NCBI GenBank assembly: GCA_022711115.1
Contig: JAKLFP010000003.1
Coordinates: forward strand, 9,199 to 73,198
DNA length: 64,000 nt
Source: Candidatus Omnitrophota bacterium
Lineage (GTDB): Bacteria; Omnitrophota; Omnitrophia; Omnitrophales; Aquincolibacteriaceae
Reading direction: 5' to 3'
Positions 58,308 to 64,000 of this stretch are shown one piece after another; position 1 is the first letter of the stretch; each line of letters starts with the position of its first letter. Position numbers and translations under genes: made by a program. The notes under the pieces are model-generated. The model was not told where the DNA came from. It saw only the letters and a program-made list of their open reading frames with translations, and searched no databases.

Positions 58308-59142
58308 CGACCGTCCTTTCGGTTCGAGGCGCGGACGCGGCCATGCGAATCATGTGCCCCGAGATATAACTTTTGAACCCGGCCAGCCTCGCATACCGTT
58401 GGATAACCCCGGAAACATGCGAAAGCCCCATCCTTGTTCCTTCTTCTCTCAAAAAGAGCCAAGGCAGCTTATCCGCGTCCGGAAATTTTTCGCGGCAGGA
58501 TTCGAGATATTGTTTGATACGGTCCGCTGTTTCTTTGCTTACGGTCACTACCCGATTATCTATTTTTCTCTGGCTCCTGATCGAAACCGATTGGTTGTCT
58601 TCCCGGACATCACCAAGCGTAAGATTGCAGATTTCTCCCGCCCGGATGGAATACTTCGAAAGAAGTTCGAGGATCGTTTTATCCCTCAGTCCTCTTTTTG
58701 TTACCGTTTCTACGGAATCGACGATTTTTTCGATGTCTCCGTTGGCAAGATTGGTTCGCGGAAGCGTTGCCGGCCTTTCGGGAAGCTCCACGGAACCCAC
58801 GGACCCAGGGAAACGAACGCCTCTGCGTTCGAGCCACATCAAGAAATCCTGGATCGCCAGAAATCGCGCGCCGGTATCGTTGTTCGCTTTTCTTTGACTC
58901 GCACGAAGATAACTTCGATACCGCGAAATTACGCGGCGGTCGACCTTGGCAAGATTCCGCAGCTTTTCCCTGGTCCGGAGATATCCCAGAAAATCAGCGT
59001 AATAACGGCGGGAACGATTCAGAGCTCCCGAAGCGTAACGTCCCCAGCTTCGGGCCTGGAGATACTGTTTAATCAACTGTTCCGCCTGATCGATTTTCGT
59101 GTTTATCGAGAATGAATTACCCATTTTTTTCATGCCCTCCAT
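58291..59142 (-). pseudogene. truncated/degenerate tyrosine recombinase (subfamily 1-like) lacking the C-terminal His/Tyr catalytic segment
   Basis: Conserved KVDRRVISRYRSYL and LRDKTILELL segments are present. It ends at ...GHMIRMAAS before the LGH...Y region, and its 3' end is overlapped by the next integrase start. Confidence 0.55.
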
Positions 59143-59290
59143 AGAGCTTTTTCAAAAAACTCGGGAAATTGCGGCTAACTTATTTATTCTAAACAACTTA
59201 ACCACCGCCAATAGCCGCCAAATACTTCAAATACTCTCTCTACAACCCGATCCAAATAGTGCCCAAATACTTCCAACTACTTTCCGGTCG

Positions 59291-61555
59291 TCAAAGGCCT
59301 TCGGCATCCACAAGGCACAAATCCTTTTCGGTCCAAGGCGTCACGCCGTCCCATGCGAGCTTATAGGCGCATTTCTGTCCGCGTTTACCGCCAGCCACTG
59401 GATAAAGATATTCGAGCTCTACAAGTTCCCGCATCTGCATATGAATTTGGTAGTGGCTCCACCCCGACGTTTTCCGGATCTCTTTTCTCGTGAAAATCAC
59501 GTCGTCCCCGGAGATCCTCGATGCTTGCGCGTTCTTCTTTACCATTTCGCCGATAATTTGAATCAGACGTCTCCCCTGCGGACTGAGTTCATCGAGGCCT
59601 TTCAAAAGGAACTCGCGGGCCAAATCGTTGGCGATCCGGATATCGGTTTTGCCCACCTCGATATATTTGAAACTTTCGTTGCCGTCCTTCCCCATTTTGA
59701 TCTCTTTTTGATACTGTCTGAGAAGAGCAATGGTCCTGATAAGGCTGTGGTATTTCTTTTGCTCGCGCCTCGCCCGAAGAAGGCTGTCCAGAAACCTGAG
59801 CTTCTCCGCGTAAGGATTCACCACTTCGAGAGGCTCGATCAGACGCTGCATGTTCTGATGAAGCCTCCGGATTTTTTCGTATTTCCGCTGTTCAAGAACC
59901 CCTTCCAAGGTTTCCATGCGCCGCTGGACTTCGAGAATTTTCCTGGTCTGCGCCTGGCTTTCATCCACCGATAGCACGAGAAACCGATTGTAGGTTTCGT
60001 AGTTGATCTCGGGATTCGTCGTCGTGATCATCATGCTAACGGGTCCCTGCACTTTATGGCTCACGGCCTTGAGTTTCCCCGTGGCTTCGTCGCGGATCGT
60101 GGTCATGGAAGTCAGGTGGTTGGTACTCAAAAGATGCCGGATGGAGTAGCCGGCCCCGGTGATCCCCTGTTCTTCCTCCACGGCGATCAGCTTATGAGCC
60201 AGCGTCTGTTGTCCTTGATAAAAAAGCGATTGATCGGTAAGACGGGTCACTTTGAGGTAATCTTCCGGAGGCGTGAAGGAAAGCACCCGGTCCTGGAGCT
60301 CCGTCTTTCCCGCTCCGCTCTGCGAAACGATGAACAATGCGAGAGGCTGCCTGAGTTTCCTCGAAAGGGATACGAGATATCCCAAAAGAAGGTTTTTTTC
60401 TTCGCCAACGTAAGCGCAGGCCTTGGCGTCGTCGACGATCTTTTGAACGAGAGTTTCGGATTTGAGAAATCCGAGCGCTTCCGTTCGTTCTTTCTCAGTC
60501 ATGATCTCCTTTTCCTCCGGAGGCTCGTCTCCGAGCATTTTAAGCTGAATGGTTTCGAGTTTTTCGACGATCTCCTTCATGTCCAGATTCGTCCGGCTTT
60601 CTTCCAGTTTCATGACCTTCTTAACCTGACGCGCAAACCCCGCCCGCGCCCGTGAACTGTAGAGATCGAAAGTATCGAGATGGTAGCTCTCGCTGTTCTG
60701 CACCTTGATGGTGGCCTTGAGACTGCCGACTCTCCTGACATTGAGTCCCTTGATCCGGTAAGTCAGATCGCCCCGGATGAAATAAATGGCGGATTCTTCC
60801 TGAATGACTTTGAAAGGAATGCGGTTTTTCACCGCTTCCGCCGGTTCGGATTTCACGATTTCGATCTTCGCCGCTTTCTCGATCAGGGTCTGAATGTTTC
60901 CGCCGCCGCTCAAAAAACGGGAAATGCTCCCTGCTTTCTCGGGAAGGCTGACTTTGAAGATCTCCAGATCCTTTGCCGCGACTGGATCCATCAATTCGCG
61001 GATTTTTCCTTCGTCCCAAAAGAAGTAGACTCTTTTTAAGGTCGATTCCTCGAAAATGCTCCTGTCCGCCGACGGCGGCGATTCTCCGCAGAACGCGACC
61101 GTTTCATGAAGCCCCGCGTTGATCAGACTTAATGCTTCGAACGGATTCGGCACTACGTACAAAGTGTCCCTGCCGGTGGCGAAAGTGGCGTTAAAAACCG
61201 AATTCCCGCGCTCTGGCAGATACAAATGAGTTCCCTGATAAATATAGTGGGCGTAGAGGCCAAGCGGAGTCCCGTTCTCTTTGGTAATAGGGATAACGAT
61301 GAAATTCCTGAGCAGCTCCTTTCCCTTTTTGTCCAATATCCCAAGACTGACGAGTTCACCGCGCACATCGGGTTCCTTCGGCAAAGAACCGTCGCAGAAT
61401 CCCACGCGATACCGTTGCAGGATCTCTCCGTTCAGAAGACCGTTTCGCCTCAGGAATTCCTGCGCCTTCTGGCTTTCCTTCAGGACATCCTGGTAATGCA
61501 GCGCTGCGCGCTCGAGGATTTTTCCGTTCACTTCATTTTGATCCATTCGAAACAC
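59291..61555 (-). CDS. P4/D5-type primase-helicase (SF3 NTPase) of integrative elements
   Basis: C-terminal Walker A SQSGAGKT, with Walker B/motif C in an SF3 arrangement. A large N-terminal primase-like region precedes it. Confidence 0.6.
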   Translation of the reverse strand: MFRMDQNEVNGKILERAALHYQDVLKESQKAQEFLRRNGLLNGEILQRYRVGFCDGSLPKEPDVRGELVSLGILDKKGKELLRNFIVIPITKENGTPLGLYAHYIYQGTHLYLPERGNSVFNATFATGRDTLYVVPNPFEALSLINAGLHETVAFCGESPPSADRSIFEESTLKRVYFFWDEGKIRELMDPVAAKDLEIFKVSLPEKAGSISRFLSGGGNIQTLIEKAAKIEIVKSEPAEAVKNRIPFKVIQEESAIYFIRGDLTYRIKGLNVRRVGSLKATIKVQNSESYHLDTFDLYSSRARAGFARQVKKVMKLEESRTNLDMKEIVEKLETIQLKMLGDEPPEEKEIMTEKERTEALGFLKSETLVQKIVDDAKACAYVGEEKNLLLGYLVSLSRKLRQPLALFIVSQSGAGKTELQDRVLSFTPPEDYLKVTRLTDQSLFYQGQQTLAHKLIAVEEEQGITGAGYSIRHLLSTNHLTSMTTIRDEATGKLKAVSHKVQGPVSMMITTTNPEINYETYNRFLVLSVDESQAQTRKILEVQRRMETLEGVLEQRKYEKIRRLHQNMQRLIEPLEVVNPYAEKLRFLDSLLRARREQKKYHSLIRTIALLRQYQKEIKMGKDGNESFKYIEVGKTDIRIANDLAREFLLKGLDELSPQGRRLIQIIGEMVKKNAQASRISGDDVIFTRKEIRKTSGWSHYQIHMQMRELVELEYLYPVAGGKRGQKCAYKLAWDGVTPWTEKDLCLVDAEGL

Positions 61556-61659
61556 CTCCGTTCCTCAAATTTCCGCTTTGCGGATACGCCTTCCCAGGCT
61601 AAAATAAAAATGGCCACAGACACTAAAGGCATGTGCCTTGAACCGTCTCCAATTCGGCC

Positions 61660-61699
61660 AGCCGCTGACTGCCCTCGAAAAGCTTCAGCGGCTTTTTTA
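61660..61699 (+). terminator. hairpin agccgctga-N16-tcagcggct followed by T6 (intrinsic terminator-like on + strand)
   Basis: Read directly. Confidence 0.35.
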
Positions 61700-61705
61700 T
61701 GGTTT

Positions 61706-61733
61706 ATATGTGTTAGATTTTTCTAACACATAT
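61706..61733. promoter_or_regulatory. perfect 12-bp inverted repeat atatgtgttaga-tttt-tctaacacatat between the alpA-like gene and the primase
   Basis: Read directly. Not followed by a U-tract on either strand, so more likely a protein-binding site than a terminator. Confidence 0.4.
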
Positions 61734-61754
61734 TAGCAAAAAATTTTTTGCCGT

Positions 61755-61976
61755 TCAAGACTTTTTTCTATAGCGCTTTGGGATCTTATCCATATCACGG
61801 CTCTTGAGGTACTTTTTGACAGCCTGGTCCGTCGTATACCAGGTAGAACCAATTTGAAATCCCTCAAGACGTTTCCGCTCGATTGCGCGCCGTAAAGACG
61901 CCCATGTAAATCCGTGTTTTTGATATCGGTCGACCGCCTCAGGCAGCCTTAACCGGTCTGGAGGAAATCTCTTCAT
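61755..61976 (-). CDS. AlpA/excisionase-family HTH protein
   Basis: 73 aa with RLPEAVDRYQKHGFTWASLRRAIERKRLEGFQIGSTWY. Confidence 0.6.
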   Translation of the reverse strand: MKRFPPDRLRLPEAVDRYQKHGFTWASLRRAIERKRLEGFQIGSTWYTTDQAVKKYLKSRDMDKIPKRYRKKS

Positions 61977-62083
61977 GGAATAATCTCTGGTTCACCTGTC
62001 AACTTTTCATATTCTACAAAGGGATTCCTTTTTTCGCTACTTGTTTTCATCCTCCAAAATCAATCCGACGAGAGAAAGCTGTT

Positions 62084-62692
62084 TTATTCTTTCGAGAACG
62101 CGATTTGATCGATTAGGACCGCGCCGTTTTTCGGCATCGAATGGAGATCGTCAAATACGACGACAAACTCGCTTAAAGCGCTCCAATCCGTTATGCGGTT
62201 GAACTTTTCGAACGGGATCGAAATTTTCCGCCATGCTTCCGTGATATTTCCAAGCATGTAGGCGGACGTTTTGCTGCCTTGATCTTTCAGCTCGATTTTT
62301 ACCCGTTTGCTGAATCCTTTCGCCGCATCCCCTTTTATATAAAACGTCAGAGCATTGAATTCTCCGGCATCCTCTCCGTTCAGCTTCATCCAGAATCCGT
62401 TGTAAGCCGGATTCGAAGAATCCACATCGTAGTCCAAACGGATCGAATGCCCCAATGGATTTCCCAAGGCGTCATCGGACGCAAACGACATTTTCGTTCC
62501 CTGCGTGCCGTCTCCGGGATCCTTGTCCCACGCCCCGAAATCGCCTCCGATGTTATTTGGTTTATCGCCGGCATCGAAATCCGCTATCACGAGCTCTTTC
62601 CCGCCTGCCATTGCCGGCGAACTTGGAATCGCTATTGCCGTCAAGATCACGGCCATGACAACGCTTAAAATCATTTTTTTATTCATATTCAA
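62084..62692 (-). CDS. secreted beta-sandwich protein (carbohydrate-binding-module-like, tentative)
   Basis: Signal peptide MNMNKKMILSVVMAVILTAIAIPSSPAMA. Confidence 0.3.
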   Translation of the reverse strand: MNMNKKMILSVVMAVILTAIAIPSSPAMAGGKELVIADFDAGDKPNNIGGDFGAWDKDPGDGTQGTKMSFASDDALGNPLGHSIRLDYDVDSSNPAYNGFWMKLNGEDAGEFNALTFYIKGDAAKGFSKRVKIELKDQGSKTSAYMLGNITEAWRKISIPFEKFNRITDWSALSEFVVVFDDLHSMPKNGAVLIDQIAFSKE

Positions 62693-62714
62693 CCGTTCTC
62701 CTTTTGTTTTAGAT

Positions 62715-63269
62715 TTAAAAAATAGACGCGATTGCTCCCAAAGTTCCGTATTTGTATTTCGCTATAATCTTTTTCAGCTCCGGATCTTCGTCCAATCGCA
62801 TGAGGGCGTCTTTCACGGCCCCTTTTGCAAGATCGTCCGCGCTTTCCTCCAGGACGGCGAAAGCATTTTGATTCGCGTGATGGCCGTCGACGATTTTCCG
62901 GTAGATTTCGGCTCCGTCCTTATCGAGCGCCCTCACTTCAAGCGTCAAATCGGCTTCGAGAGGTTTAAGAAGCGCATCCTCCGAGAAAATCCGGAACTTT
63001 CCGACCCGCAGAAATACGCTCTCCTCTTTTTTGCTTTTTTCCGCAGCCAGCTCGATAGTTTTTGACTTTTCTGCGCGGATCCGTTCAAGACGGAGGCCCG
63101 CCTTCGCATCGATGTAATAAATCAGATAATGCGCGACCAGTTCGGATAGATCCGTCTTCGCGGGCTTGCTTTCGATGGCTGCGGGCCCTGCCCCGCCCGT
63201 CTGTCCAGCAGGCGCGGACACGCAACCCGACGCCGTCAGAAGAATAAGCGCAAAAAGGATGATTCTCAT
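62715..63269 (-). CDS. lipoprotein of unknown function
   Basis: Lipobox LLTASGC. It overlaps the upstream gene by 4 nt. Confidence 0.45.
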   Translation of the reverse strand: MRIILFALILLTASGCVSAPAGQTGGAGPAAIESKPAKTDLSELVAHYLIYYIDAKAGLRLERIRAEKSKTIELAAEKSKKEESVFLRVGKFRIFSEDALLKPLEADLTLEVRALDKDGAEIYRKIVDGHHANQNAFAVLEESADDLAKGAVKDALMRLDEDPELKKIIAKYKYGTLGAIASIF

Positions 63270-64000
63270 GCCGCGGCCTCCCCGGCTGTTTCCTTCCGTT
63301 CGATGAGGCGGGATGCCTGATGCCGCAGAAAAAGATCCCTGCCGCGTTCAAGCTCCCTCTGAAGCTCTTCGGGTTTTGGGAGTTCGAGGAGATATTTCGA
63401 AACGAAAATCTTATTGCTCAAACCGCCCGTCGCGTACCGGACGGTCGCGTTGTTTTTATCCGAACACAGAATGATGCCGAACGGCTCATTCTTTGCCCTC
63501 GGCAAAATATTGTCTTTGACCCAGTTGACGTAGAAATTGATTTGGCCGGCGTGGGAATGCGTGAATTTATCGAGCTTCAGCTCGACGACGATATACCGGC
63601 TTAAAGCAATATTGAAGAGCAACAAATCGATGCGGTATTCATCGCTTCCGACCATGAATCTTTTCTGGCGCGCGACAAAAGCAAATCCTCTTCCAAGTTC
63701 AAGCAAGAAACTTTCGATATGCCGGATCAACGCATCTTCAAGATCCGACTCCGAATATTCGTTTTTAAGGCCGAGGAAATCCAGGACATAAGAATCCTTG
63801 ACCTCATCCTCGGGCCTCGCCAAAACCGCATGCTCATTTGCTTTGGCGATCACAATTTCCCGGCGCTTGGAAAGCGCCGTTCTTTCATAGAGCAGCGCAT
63901 TGATCTCGCGTTCCAAGTGCCTGGATGACCAATGTCCCTGAATGCTCAATCTTTCATAAAAAGTCCTTTTCTCCGCTTTCTCGATACGCATGAGAAAACG
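63266..64000 (-). CDS. YhcG/DUF1016-type PDDEXK nuclease-family protein, probably N-terminally incomplete at the window edge
   Basis: C-terminal VVELKLDKFTHSHAGQINFY (E-x-K core), with the upstream D in IDLLLFN. There is no stop between the first Met (63991) and the window end. Confidence 0.5.
   Translation of the reverse strand, partial: RFLMRIEKAEKRTFYERLSIQGHWSSRHLEREINALLYERTALSKRREIVIAKANEHAVLARPEDEVKDSYVLDFLGLKNEYSESDLEDALIRHIESFLLELGRGFAFVARQKRFMVGSDEYRIDLLLFNIALSRYIVVELKLDKFTHSHAGQINFYVNWVKDNILPRAKNEPFGIILCSDKNNATVRYATGGLSNKIFVSKYLLELPKPEELQRELERGRDLFLRHQASRLIERKETAGEAAA

Noticed and set aside
54616-60655. Long + strand ORFs (54616-55167, 55442-55954, 56464-56958, 57399-58082, 58354-59115, 59099-59974, 60056-60655)
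   Set aside because: They mirror the minus-strand integrase and primase genes. The repetitive R/H/P-rich translations are typical of antisense frames of GC-rich coding DNA.

Overview
The window reads mostly on the minus strand and runs from chromosomal housekeeping genes into a large accessory island. No tRNA, rRNA or CRISPR array was found by eye.

Bases 1-22,000 look chromosomal. They hold a secretin with ExeA/ExeB-like partners, an S9 peptidase, a fused membrane / spermidine-synthase-like / TPR protein, an alternative-oxidase-like protein, thiM, a GT2/GT2/GT4 plus methyltransferase glycosylation cluster, a ydbH-ynbE-ydbL-like operon, a chagasin-family inhibitor, and a CBS-PilZ protein with a receiver protein.

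Bases 22,000-62,000 are AT-richer and mosaic, with three blocks.
- An array of paralogous two-gene cassettes: a large protein with an alpha/beta-hydrolase-like C-terminus followed by a small secreted TPR protein. Orphan fragments sit between the cassettes, which are interleaved with two IS200/Y1-type REP-associated tyrosine transposase (RAYT) genes flanked by GGTACC-palindromic REP-like inverted repeats.
- A defence island carrying a Type I R-M system (hsdM-hsdS-hsdR) with an upstream excisionase-type HTH gene. Beside it is a PHP-domain plus SMC-like ATPase giant protein with TPR and zinc-ribbon partners. Further on are a CoiA-like protein, a HEPN-like protein, and a ubiquitin-like conjugation operon (small beta-grasp protein, E2?/E1 ThiF fusion, Cys-rich DUF6527-like protein) divergently paired with an HTH/ImmA-IrrE (CapH/CapP-like) regulator pair.
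- Several two-component genes, then a mobile-element core: five abutting tyrosine recombinase genes (one truncated), a P4-type primase-helicase and an AlpA-like excisionase.

The likeliest novel items are the Ubl-E1-DUF6527 operon with its CapH/CapP-like switch, the PHP-ATPase module beside the R-M system, the toxin/immunity-like array with RAYT-mediated rearrangement and a conserved in-frame TGA leader, and the integrase array.
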